Shown here: one piece after another, positions 51,846-64,000 of the stretch | Numbering within the stretch: the stretch's first letter is position 1 | How the letters are laid out: the number at the start of each line of letters is the position of its first letter | Assembly: GCF_006345805.1 (NCBI RefSeq) | Contig: NC_042998.1 | Coordinates: forward strand, 26,970,001 to 27,034,000 | Source: Octopus sinensis | Lineage: Eukaryota | Length of the DNA: 64,000 bases | Reading direction: 5' to 3' | Program-made: the position numbers and the translations under genes | The notes under the pieces: generated by a model | Seen by the model: only the letters and a program-made list of their open reading frames with translations | What the model was told of the DNA's origin: nothing | The model's database searches: none

Positions 51846-53527
51846 CAGGGCTAGACAACAACAATAAACAAATCAACCTACTTTCAGTTTCCTCATAGCT
51901 ACATATCCAAAATTAGCAACACAATATATGTGGGCTAGAAGCCGAAGTATGTTGGTGATTATAAACTGTCTGCTTATGATCTGCAACTTAACAAGAACTC
52001 TAAACTTAATTAACTCCATTTCGTCACATTTTATGCTATCACAAATATTACACATATCAATATATTTGACGAAGCATTTTATCAACTGAAGACATTTTTC
52101 AACATAAATTTTCTTTCTAAATGAACACTGATGTTTATAGTTCTGGGAATAAAATTGTCTTATGATGAGATCTAGGAAAATAGTGTGTTTTTATAAAATT
52201 TGTTTTTGAATGTAGAGATTAATGATGACATACGATAAAGTCCATATATTAAACTTGACAGTGTATGCATGTGTGTTTTACCATTCAAAATTGTAAGTGC
52301 TAGAGACATGCTTCTGGGAGAACTGTGTAGAATTTGATTTATGGATATGTATTGCCACTTAGGTTATAAAGCCATACTTTAAGCCGCTAGTAAATACAGC
52401 TATCACAACAACGGACTAGCTGTACAAAACCTTCAGATATGGGTTTATAATCTTTCCACACACTACATTATCAGAATGAATTTGTGAACAATAGCCTCAT
52501 CAAATATTTGATTCTCAAAGAGAAATCCATTGGGCTAAGTTATCTGTCACTAAAGCTATGAGATATTTAAAAAGAAGCACTTGGTAGGTTTGGGAGTAGC
52601 GAGATTTTCTATTCCAGATAACACACTCGGGGAGCAGTGTGACAGAAATATGTAATACAGATGACTTGATCTGAAAACACTTGAAAAATTTATATAAATT
52701 GTACTCACTTAAAAAGGCACTTTGCCAAGGGAAATATATACACTTTCAATATTATTCTTCCAAACATGCTTACCCACACAATAAAAGCTGATATATTTTA
52801 TATATCAATAAGATTACATAATATATATCATAATATATATTTCCAAATGTATGCTGATAGTCATTAATTAGCCATTACTTTACTCTCTTTACATTAGGCT
52901 CATGTATGAAATAACAAATTATTACATTGTGATGTTTTTCTTAAGAGCATTTCTCTTCTAATAACTAAAGCATTTGAGGTGGTGAACTGACAGAATCGTT
53001 AGCACACCAGGCAAAATCCTTCTCACTCAGCATTTCTATTTCTTTACTACCCACAAGGGGCTAAAAACAGAGAGGACAAACAAGGACAGACAAAGGGATT
53101 AAGTTGATTACATCGACCCCAGTGCGTAACTGGTACTTATTTAATTGCTAAGGCGGAGAGCTGGCAGAAACGTTAGCACGTCGGGCGAAATGCTTAGCGG
53201 TATTTCGTCTGCCGTTACATTGTGAGTTCAAATTCCGCCAAGGTCGACTTTACCTTTCATCCTTTCGGGGTCGATAAATTAAGTACCTGTTTCTTTATTA
53301 TCCACAAGGGGCTAAACATAGAGGGGACAAACAAGGACAGACAAACGGATTAAGTCGATTACATCGACCCCAGTGCGTAACTGGTACTTAATTTAACAAC
53401 CTCTTTTTGCACACCAGGCTTTTTAACCCAACTGATTTTACAAGTAAAACAAATTTTCATTAATGCATTGTAAAATTCTTGAAAATCAAGAGATGATTTA
53501 TTATTGTCTATGATGATGATGATGATC

Positions 53528-53860
53528 TATTTCTTGACTGGACCAGACTCAAGAACCTCAAAGCTCTCCATCAACAGTTGTAGGAGATTGGACAAATTCA
53601 AAGAATGCCAGATCAATGAATGCCAAAGACGTTTATGTATGGAGAATAGCAAGAAGGCTCTGTGATAGCAAAACTTTAATATTGATGCTTCCTTGTGGGC
53701 TATTGATCTAGCTGAACATTTGCTGTAAAGGACAAAACACAACATAGAAGGCAACATATAGAGAAGTAAGGCTGACAGAAGAAAACAACAGGATGAAGCA
53801 GACCAGCAAGGAAGACTCATAGGTCGGACTGCATTTCAGTTCTCTTGTTCTATGCCCACC
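53528..53860 (+). pseudogene. Degenerate RTE/BovB-like C-terminus
   Basis: IGQIQRMPDQ*MPKTFMYGE*QEG resembles WAGHVxRMPDxRLPKxLFYGELxxG. Confidence 0.6.
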
Positions 53861-54261
53861 TTCTTTCAGATAACAAATAGGTTTGTTCATTCATTTTACT
53901 CATTTCCATCACTGGACTGTGAGCAAGCTTGGATACTACCTTCAAGGATTTTAGTCAATCCAATTGACTACAATATTTTAAAGTCTGGTGCAAATTCTAT
54001 CAGCTTCTTTTTTGTCAAACTGCTAAGTTACAGGGATATATATAGAGTTGTTGTTAAACACACACAAGCACATTTTCTTTCTAAGTAGGTCACTCACAAG
54101 CAATAATGGCCAGTAGAAAATACTTGCCCCAAGGTGTTGCACAGTGGAATTGAACCCCAAGCAGTGCAATTGCAAAGTGAACTTCTTAACCACATAACCT
54201 ACCCTGTCCCCACACAGATAAATTTACTGAAATCAAATTCTTTACATCAAAGAGGCTATAC

Positions 54262-55040
54262 ATTTGGTAGTGCATAGCATCTTCCCTGTTGGCAGCTTTC
54301 TACCATACAGCAACACAGTTTTACAAGCACTTTGTGCAGTTTTCTTTTTACACAGAGATAAATATGTTGTTGCCCTTAGATCTAACGTCTCCATGAACTC
54401 ATTTCATCCCAATTATGTTTTTGCTACAACCCTATACCCAGCACCAATTATCTCGTCTAGGCAACCAAAATTATCTCCTACATCTAATTAGCCTTCTGAG
54501 CAGTTTAGATCATCGCTTCAAATGGGCTCATCTCATCTTCTTCACCCATTTATTCCTGGGAGAATCAGGTGAGTCGGATAGAGTTCCCAAGTGTTCCTTC
54601 CACCAGGTCCAGTCAGAAACAACTGTCACCAACTAATCCAACTGGATCCTTAAACCAGACCAACAGAGCTGGTGGTGGGCCTATGACCTGTCCTGGGAAA
54701 CATTGGATGGACATACAAAGTTTATGCACCTCACAAATATTTCAATTGTTATATTATACTTCCATACATTTATCCTATCTGATGACTTGCTTTCCATCAA
54801 TCTTCCATAGATTCCACTGCATCTTTTGTGACTGTTGGCTTCAAAGTAAATCCATCTTGCATCCTCCCAATATATAGAACACAGTTATTTAAAGTGATAT
54901 TGGGATTTTGTGCTCTCTATTACTAACAAGACAATTGGCCTTTGCCAGCCTAACCATTAAGCTATTCAACCATTCCTCCAAGTCTGAAACTTTCTACAGT
55001 TCTTCAGAAGATTCCATAATGTAAAATATGTCACCACCAT
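54262..55040 (-). pseudogene. Degenerate RTE RT fragment
   Basis: YGGDIFYIMESSEEL (decayed YADD region) and LSLCKKK..ACKTVLLYG, matching LSLRVKG..ACVRTAMLHG. Confidence 0.55.
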
Positions 55041-58000
55041 ATATATATATATATATATATATATACCTAGCTATTAGATTTACCACTATATCTTTTTCTT
55101 TTTTTAAAATATTTTTGAGCATCACTATCAAAACAAATTATAAAATAATGGCTATATGTGTTAATGATAAAATCTTTCAACTTACATTTTAAAAGAAAAA
55201 TCTAGAATTGAATTTTAATCAATGGCTTTCTGGTTTAATCACAGTTTTGTCAAAATCAGTTTTTATTTTCTTATTCCACCAAAATGACAAGACATACAGG
55301 AGATCCATGCAGACTCTTCAAGGAGTGTTAACCTCAAAAAATAGTTCAAAGAAAAATGTAAGTAGGGGAACAGTTCCAGATAACTGAAAATCTCAGGTAG
55401 AAAATATTAAGTATTTAAATCAATATCTGGATGGTCACACACCTTAAGAATGCAGATAAGTTTAGAAGACCAGGAGCCATTGTAATATTTAACATAATAT
55501 TTAATGGCGGCGAGCTGGCAGAAACGTTAGCACGCTGGGCAAAATGCGTAGCCATATTTCGTTTGCCGTTACCTTTTGAGTTCAAATTCCGCTGAGGTCG
55601 ACTTTGCCTTTCATCCTTTCGGGGTTGATTAAATAAGTACCAGTTACGCACTGGCGTCGATATAACCGACTTAATCCGTTTGTCTGTCCTTGTTTGTCTT
55701 CTCTATGTTTAGCCCCTTGTGGGTAGTAAAAAAAAATAAGTATTTTGGCTGCCGTTACATTCCGAGTTCAAATTCCGCCGAGGTCGACTTTGCCTTTCAT
55801 CCTTTCAAGGTCGATAAATTAAGTACCAGTTATGCACTGGGGTTGATGTAACCGACTTAAGCCCTTTGTCTGTCCTTGTTTGTCCCCTCTATGTTTAGCC
55901 CTCTGTGGGCAATAAAGATGCAGTAGAAAAACAGGGTTTATATACCAATTAGCCTGATGGCATACTGAGGTCTAGAATTTTTGTGTATGTAGCAATAGTA
56001 ATATACAGATATGTGAGCTATATGCTAATGTGGATGACATTTGGGCTTTATAAAATTTCAGCTACTGTCCAGCACTGCATTTTCTGGTGAATGTTGGTAA
56101 TTTTGTAAATGTATGGTCTCCCTGGACAACCATCATCATTTAAACAAACTTAACTTTTAGCATTTATGCCAGCTATATCCAGCTCGAGTATTTTATCTGT
56201 TTTATGTTCAACTGGCTAGATCTGGTCTCTCACACCTGCCCTACAATGTCATTCTAAAAATAGTCACATCATTATGATTAATTCAAAACAAGGTGAATAA
56301 ATAAGTATTACATTTGACAGAGTAATTTAAATGCTAAAGGGTTAAATAATTTATCCAAGTGGTCTTCACTAGTAAAGAGTAGTCTCGCAGTTTGCTTCTT
56401 TGATAAGTTTGGAGATTTTTTCTTAGTGCTGTTGAAAGTGACTAAGAAGATCTCCACTAATAATAATATATTTCTTTACTACCCACAAGGGGCTAAACAC
56501 AGAGAGGACAAACAAGGACAGACAAACGGATTGAGTCGATTACATCGACCCCAGTGTGTAATTGGTACTTAATTTATCGACCTCAAAAGGATGAAAGGCA
56601 AAGTCGACCTTGGTGGAATTTGAACCCAGAACGAAACGGCAGACGAAATATGGCTATGCAATTTGCCCGGCGCGCTAACGTTTCTGCCAGTTCGCCGCCT
56701 TATATATAATAGTTTAAAATTTTCTCTTCATAAATGCAGGTAAAGCGATGTATAATGTGTCTAGGTTATGCATGGATGAGCCTCTGTTCAGAAAATTAAC
56801 CAGTCATAAAGAGTTATATAATGTGCGTTGGTGTGTGTTTGAAAGTAATAGTAAGAATGTAGAGGGATAAAAATGTATGTTACATAACATAACCTTGAGG
56901 CACACGAGAAATGATAGAATATGTTGACAATTAGAAATCTAAAAATGAAAAGACTGTTTTACTGTTTAACTTTTGGTGAAAGATAATTGTAAATGGGAAT
57001 TCATCTATTTTCATTTGAGAAAATATTATGTTTTAAATAAGATCCAGATCTAAATGTAGCACTTTAAAAATACATTGCCTAAAACTCCAAGATTTATTTT
57101 AGTTCTAAGAAATCTCATCAATTCAGAAATGAATTCTTAATCTACTTAAACTGTTCAAATTTCCAAAAATCTTTTTGAATTTATTTACTTTTATATGATT
57201 GAAGGCTTAAAAATAAAGCAAAAAGTTACAGATTTGGAGATCAACATTATATTAAGGTAATTTTCTCTTGTCAAGCATTTTAATTTAAATGCTATGAACC
57301 AAAGTTAAAAAAACAAATTGTTCCTCATTTATCTAAACTACACTAAGTTGTTGAACCATTCTAATTCAAATCCATTTTATTTTTTTTAGAATAGAAACTT
57401 TAAACCGATTCCTATTCATTAAAATTAAAAAGCTATTTGCAGTTACTTCTAATTGTCTATACTTCAAAACAAATGATTTCCAACTTTTACTTTTCAATTT
57501 TCCGCTAAAAACTGGGAGACCTCATGCCAGGTTTTTACTGCATCTATGAAGGGAAATCTTGAAAATAGCGTCCCTCCATTGGAGATATGACAACTTATTG
57601 TCTCTCTAAGACAATAACCACTACATGTATCATAGCAAAAGATCAAAACACCAGACATTCTTTACTTGTGAACAGCACACAGCTAAAAACCATCAGATTT
57701 ACCACAAATCTTTCAAGACGACGACATATCTACACAACTGTCAAAACTGCAATGCAAACTTGAGACTTTATATTCCCCACTAGGAAGTATTTCAGCCCCA
57801 AACTGTTGCTGATCGTCTCAACACAATTCTAGTGCAACCAACACACACATTTTAGAGTACAGTATACATATTAAGGACAGTACTCTGGCTACACATACAC
57901 ACACAAACATTCAGGATTTCATTAAAAAAAAATTGCAGCCTGGCTGGTTGGCAAAGGCACCCTCACAAATATGCAAAAGTCTTTAGTCCACAGATGCATT

Positions 58001-58175
58001 ATTTCCCCTCCCCTTTCTCTCCCTCATAAAAAGAAAAAAAGATTCTCTTCTGGAAGTTTGATGTAGGCTCCTACCTGGCCAACTCCTGTCACACTATCCA
58101 ATCCATGCCAGCATCGAAGGTGGATGTTAAATGATGATGATGATGATGGTGATGATGAACCAGTATGTTGCATAA

Positions 58176-58320
58176 TATAAGGTTGTCCCAAAAGTTCGTA
58201 GAAAGTCTTGGAAAATAATGGTCTTTATTTTGAGGAATAATTTTTGTTGTTTTTGTTAGTACTTGGCGAGTAAAAATTCAATTTTCGCAAGTGTTTACGA
58301 ATTTTGGGGACAACCTAATA
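58176..58320. mobile_element. mariner-type MITE (145 bp)
   Basis: TATAAGGTTGTCCCAAAAGTTCGTA versus TACGAATTTTGGGGACAACCTAATA. Confidence 0.8.
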
Positions 58321-58566
58321 TATGCATCAAATCCAATCTGATCTATCGTCTTCCCTTTTCTTCATCTTTACTATATCTCACAACCCACTAAAAAAAAACT
58401 TTCCTCGGTGCTATCCTCCCAGAATTGTAGAAATTCATGCTTGATATGAACTACATCAATTTCATGACAACAGAAAGGCTGTCCTACTTCTCACAAGACA
58501 TTTTCAACTTGAGTTCAGAATTTATCTGAAAATATTGTTTGAATAATATGGAATTAACTGAAACTT

Positions 58567-58688
58567 CTACAAAATATTTGTTTCTGTTGTCATTACATTC
58601 CTCCACGGATAAGTTTTAGATCTCATACTTAAGTTACAACATTTTATGTGGAACATTAATGGCATTAATTTCCCTATTCTTGGAGGGG
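58567..58688 (-). CDS. Candidate terminal exon: (A)PPRIGKLMPLMFHIKCCNLSMRSKTYPWRNVMTTETNIL*
   Basis: Acceptor TCCTTAGTCTTTGCAG|, then 39 open codons in phase 1 in unique sequence. No homology recognised. Confidence 0.2.
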
Positions 58689-58824
58689 CTGCAAAGACTA
58701 AGGATACAGATGCTGGTTCCAGAGGAGACCAATATAAAAAAGTTACATTCATCTTGATTATTTACTTCTAGCACTTCAATGTTGATGATAGAGCTTCTTC
58801 ATTACACCTACAAACAATTATAGT

Positions 58825-59137
58825 CAGTGGCCGTCTGGCCAGCTTGCCCAATGGCAAGTGGGCCTCTGCACCATTAGAATTCATATATGGGGGTCCATGT
58901 TCATATCTAAGGGGCCCATCCCCTCAAGTTTGAAAATTTTTTATTCACTCCTGGAAGAATGCATTAATTATTTCAGCCTGGTTGTGTTTGTAGACAGTTG
59001 AAAAGAATACTTTTACCAAAAAAAAAAAAAAAAAATTAAATGATAGCATTGCAGTTGCAAGTGGGCCCCCATATAGTTGCCGTGCTCCCCCCCCTAGTCT
59101 CCTGGCAACCAATATTTTTAGACCCAGTCCGCCACTG
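58825..59137. mobile_element. hAT MITE
   Basis: TIR CAGTGGCCGTCTGG / CCAGTCCGCCACTG; 8-bp flanks ATTATAGT / TTAATAGT. Confidence 0.75.
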
Positions 59138-60748
59138 TTAATAGTAGATACAGCTATTTGTTAATGTGTAAGGGATAAACATTTTAAAAGGAAAAATTTT
59201 AATTTTCAAAATAAATAACATACTGATTTTTTGGTGTTTTTTTTTTCATCTCTTTACTCTTTCACTGGTTGCATTCTGGACAAATATAGCATTTTAATGG
59301 CAAAACTATCAATTAATTTTTTTGATTCATTCAAATGTATATTAAATATAAAATATAAGGAACTTTATAATATTATAACCTAGCATGGTTAAATTTTTAA
59401 TTTTACATAATTCAGAGGATACAGTTATTAAACATTATTTCAGTTCTATTTTTACCGTGACATTTTGTTAACCCCAATACAGAGAAAATGTACATAAAAA
59501 AATATAATAATAATAAATCACTGAAAGAAAATGTTTCAGATATTGATTGCAGGTAGAAATTGATTGTACAGACCCGATAAACAGGTTCTCTCAATTTCAC
59601 TTCTTTCAATAACTTCTTCAGTTAACTTTATCACTTTTAACCTAGTAATACTATATGTCCAGATTCTATTCAACCTTAGCTCAGGTTTAATATTAAATAC
59701 TAACGTAAAGTATATTTTTCCATTTAACTATTAGATGACTACTCACAAAACCAGTTTCCATGCAAGCAACAATAAACACTTCTTCACTTTGCGTTATCTA
59801 AAATCATTTATACTTAGCTTTTCTTTTGACCAAGATATACACGTTATATACAGGTGATTCATGTTTATAACTTTCATTTTCTGCTGTTATTGGTCTTTAC
59901 TATTCACAATGGAAAAAAAGTTTTTAATATTAATCATTTATTTAGTATCACCACTAAAGAAATGCTGTGTGCTTTTTGCTATGTCGGTTAATGAACACAA
60001 TGCTAGAAGTCTTTAAATTAACTGTCCTGCATTCACAACATATACTTAATAAATATATAAATAAATGAAAATATTACAAGTCAAGGAAAACAAGGAGAAA
60101 AACAGAGCAGAAACAAGTTTCAACATGACATGGGTTTAATTCCTGCTCAGTTTATTATTAATTTTTAGAAAGCGGTCAAAAGAAAATGCAATGGTTCGAT
60201 GAAATGTTTTAAAATTCAATTTTTTCACAAAATATATTGTTTATACACATATTCAGAAGAGATAATTTTAGCTAATTATTTATATATATATATATATACA
60301 TAAATACGTACATAAATACATAGATACGTACATATATACAGATACATACATATATACATAGATATGTACATATATATACGTATATACATACATATATATA
60401 TGTATATATATATACATACATATGTATATATACATACATATGTATGTATTTACATACAGACATACATTCATACATACGTATCATCATCATCATCGTTTAA
60501 CGTCCGTTCTCCATGCTAGCATGGGTTGGACGGTTCGACCGGGGTTCTGGGAAGCCAGAAGGCTGCACCAGGCTCCAGTCTAATCTGGCAATGTTTCTAC
60601 AGCTGGATGCCCTTCCTAACGCCAACCACTCCGTGAGTGTAGTGGGTGCTTATATATAGATATATATATATATAAATATTATTTTTTAGGGAATAAAAAT
60701 TCCGGCATAACAGAGGTTCAAATTATTCTCAATGAAGAAAAATATTTT

Positions 60749-60865
60749 AATTTAGAGATAGTAGACCCCTACATCTCACCAAATAAAAATAATTTTTATT
60801 TTTAGGTATTTAAAATAAAAATAAAAATTCTTTTTATTTGGTGAGATATAGGTCTACCATCTCTA

Positions 60866-60869
<4 letters not shown>
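60749..60869. repeat. ~120-bp palindrome within a TA-flanked insert (60670-60870)
   Basis: AATTTAGAGATAGTAGACCCCTACATCTCACCAAATAAAAA versus TTTTTATTTGGTGAGATATAGGTCTACCATCTCTAAATT. Confidence 0.88.
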
Positions 60870-60896
<27 letters not shown>

Positions 60897-62394
60897 CATA
60901 CAAACATATGTATATATATATACTCTTTTACTTGTTTCAGTCATTTGACTGTGGCCATGCTGGAGCACTGCCTTTAGTCAAGCAAATTGGCCCCAGGACT
61001 TATTCTTTGTAAGCCTAGTACTTAGTCTATTGGTCTCTTTTGCCAAACCGCTAAGTTACGGGGACGTAAACACACCAGCATCGGTTGTCAAGAGAAATTG
61101 GGGCAACAAACACAGACACACAAACATACACACACACATACACACGTATATATATATGGAGGGCAGTGAGCTGGCAGAATCAGTAGCATACAGGACAAAA
61201 TGCTTAATGGTAATTCATCCATCTGTTCTTTCTGAGTTCAAATTCCACTGAGGGTGACTTTACTTTTCATCCTTTCTGGGTCGATAAAATAAGTACTAGT
61301 TAAGCACTGGGGTCAATATAATCGACTTAACCCCTCTCTCTCTTGTGCCATAATTTGACACCAAAATTAATAACATTTGGGCTTCTAGCACATTAATTTA
61401 TAATGCCATTCCAATGTTAATCCTTACCAACCAACTACCCCATTATTATAGCAATCCCTGTCTGCTCTGCCTAATTTAACTTTTGTATTAATTTTTACTC
61501 CAACCCCTGTCACTTCACCCCAACTTCTCTGCAGATTTCTGCAGTCTGGTTAGTTAATTATCTGTTACTATAGTTATTTCATTTTTACTCTTATCTTTAA
61601 ACTTGCAGCTTACATTTGCAAAAGTTCCAATCATCAAACTAGCTCTCACTGCTACCACTTCACTTTATATACATCCTTTACATATGCACTTATTTATCTC
61701 TACTAGTTTTTTCCTTTTTCGCCACTTATGACTCTTCTCCTCCTCCTCCTCCCACTTTTACATCTCCTTTTCCTATTCTCTTATCTTTCTTTTTCTTCCA
61801 ACTCATCCCCCCCCCCGCCGCCTCCTCCTAATTTCCTTGTCTGGTGCCTTCTTTTTTCTTCTCTTCTCTTTCCCCTTCCTATGAAAATTCCTTCTGAGAC
61901 CTCTGACTTGAAGTGGTTGGTGACTTCACCGTTTTCTGCTATACTGACCAGCCTAAATTTCTTCTTCATGGCATTTACTATCTCTACAAGTGTAAATTCT
62001 CATCCTCACTTCTTTACTTGTTCCTTTTCACATAATCACAAGCATAAACAGGGATTACGACCCACCCACCCCTTACTGCAATTAATACACTTTACACTAA
62101 TTTCACTATTTAATGTATTACTTCCCTCCCCCCCACCACCACCGCCTGGGCTTCATCTATAGTTACCTATCTATTTCAAAACCTTTATCTCTCTGCACAG
62201 TTACATATCTCCCAGTACTTTTTGTTCACTACAGCCCTATCTCACACATTTTCTCTGCCCTTAACTTATTCCCATTTTATACAATATAAATTAGCTTCAT
62301 CTATGTTATTTATTTCGAATAATTCTGATTTCAAAATGCTAAATGTCATTTATAACTATAGAAGCTGAACTACCACACTGAATACTATATTTGT

Positions 62395-62624
62395 TTAACC
62401 CTTTTGATACCAAACCGCCTGAAACCGCCTCTGGTTCTGAGTACAAATGTCTTGTTTTCAAAAGTTCTGAGTTAAAATCTTTCACTAAACCTTAAGTCAC
62501 AATTTATGTTCATAACACTAGCTTAATGATAACTAAGTTATTTTACTAAATTCTTTGTTATATTTAAAATCAATTGAAAGAAACACAGAACATCTCAAAA
62601 GAAATATGGTAACAAAAGGGTTAA
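62395..62624. mobile_element. Second piggyBac-type MITE family
   Basis: TTAA-CCCTTTTGATACCA ... TGGTAACAAAAGGG-TTAA. Confidence 0.85.
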
Positions 62625-63936
62625 AAAGCTTATTTGGTGAGACACAAAGTCATCAATAATAAATATATCTAAGGCGTAGGAGTGGCTGTGTGGTAAGTAG
62701 CTTGCTTACCAACCACATAGTTCCGAGTTCAATCCCACTGCGTGGTACCTTATGCAAGGTGATGAACTCCTTCCCCAAAGACACATTCGGCTTCCTGCTG
62801 AAGTACTCTGACCTAACACCATTGGCGTGCTTCAGTGAGGCATTGAGCCTGGTCAGGTGCCAGCGGGGCAGAAAATAATGAAAAAAGTATGAAAAATGTA
62901 AGAGGCTTAGTGCCTCATTTATAAGGACCTTGGGTCCAATTGAATTAAAGTATGAGGTTTATAACCACAATTTGTTAGAAAAGGAAAGAAGAACAATGAT
63001 TTCGGGAAGCAGTGATTGGCGGGCATCGCTTGCCTTCCCTCACCAATTTCATTATTTGCTCTGTCATTTATTCATCTTGCGTTTTGTCCAGCCCATAGGT
63101 GCTTCTATGTAAGGCCTGTATGGCCAATTCAATGAAATAAAGTGGTAGTGGGGGAGGGGAAAAACACACATACACACACAAATATATACAACTGGCTTCA
63201 TTCAGTTTCCATCTACCAAATCTACTCACAAGGCTTTGGTCAGCCAGAGGCTATAGTAGATGCCATGCAGTGGGACTGAACCCGGAACCATGTGGTTGGG
63301 AAGCAAGGTTGTTACCACACACATATGCTTATACATATATACACAAACATATTTATACATACATACAACATATCCATATATACACCTATATATATGTGTG
63401 TGTGTGTGTATATATATATATCCCTTAGAGTGAAAGACAGATTATATGATGCATGTGTATGAACAGAAATACTACATAGGAGTGGAACATGGGTAGCCAT
63501 GTATCTCCTCTACAACAAGACACTTGTTCTTTTCCCTCTTTCATACATCAGCCTCTCAACACCTGGCCTAGCACAAAGCTATTCCCCTCAATACTGCCCC
63601 TCCAACACACTGTCACGGGGCCATGTCTAAAAAGTAACTTAGTGACCTCACTAGTGCAGGTGCCATGAAAATAAAGTATCCAGTGCGCTTTGTAATGTGG
63701 CTGGCATCAGGAAGAGCAGCCAACCATGGCAACATTGTCAAAGAAAGCATTAGATACCAGCACAGCCCTCAGGGTGTCAAACCATTAAATCCATGCCAGC
63801 AAGGAATATGGATGTTAACTGACAATGATAAATATATATAAATATATATATATATAATAATTATTTAAGGGAATATAAATCCAAACTTACAGGGGAAAAA
63901 AATTCAATTTAGAAATACTAAATCAAATTTCACACA

Positions 63937-63997
<61 letters not shown>

Positions 63998-64000
63998 AAA

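Noticed and set aside
61728-62162. Signal-peptide plus polyproline ORF
   Set aside because: Arises from a pyrimidine-rich low-complexity tract; no domain recognised.
62757-63140. L1/Tx1-like 3' fragment truncating a SINE head
   Set aside because: Only GC content and a terminal AATAAA suggest it; no diagnostic motif.

Overview
AT-rich, repeat-saturated animal genomic DNA. The SINE/RTE/microsatellite repertoire looks like octopus or another cephalopod (inference). No intact cellular gene, rRNA, true tRNA or CRISPR array is visible, and most supplied ORFs are microsatellite or SINE artefacts. The content is tRNA-headed SINEs of at least four families; LINE fragments (RTE, CR1-like, RLE/R4-like); non-autonomous Helitrons and a Helentron-type HINE; and mariner/Tc1/pogo, hAT and piggyBac MITEs. 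Four observations stand out. (i) A young 5'-truncated RTE LINE (12824-16215, minus) has a C4HC3 PHD finger in the RT region and a 3' UTR expanded into a hierarchical tandem array (62 bp, 317-351 bp and ~668 bp periods). (ii) Several fold-back palindromes sit in (TA)n tracts, one carrying a minimal hammerhead-ribozyme motif in each arm, consistent with inverted Penelope-like pLTR relics. (iii) A SINE is flanked by a 122-135 bp direct duplication. (iv) A speculative series of minus-strand splice-acceptor-led short open frames may be exons or alternative last exons of an unidentified host gene.
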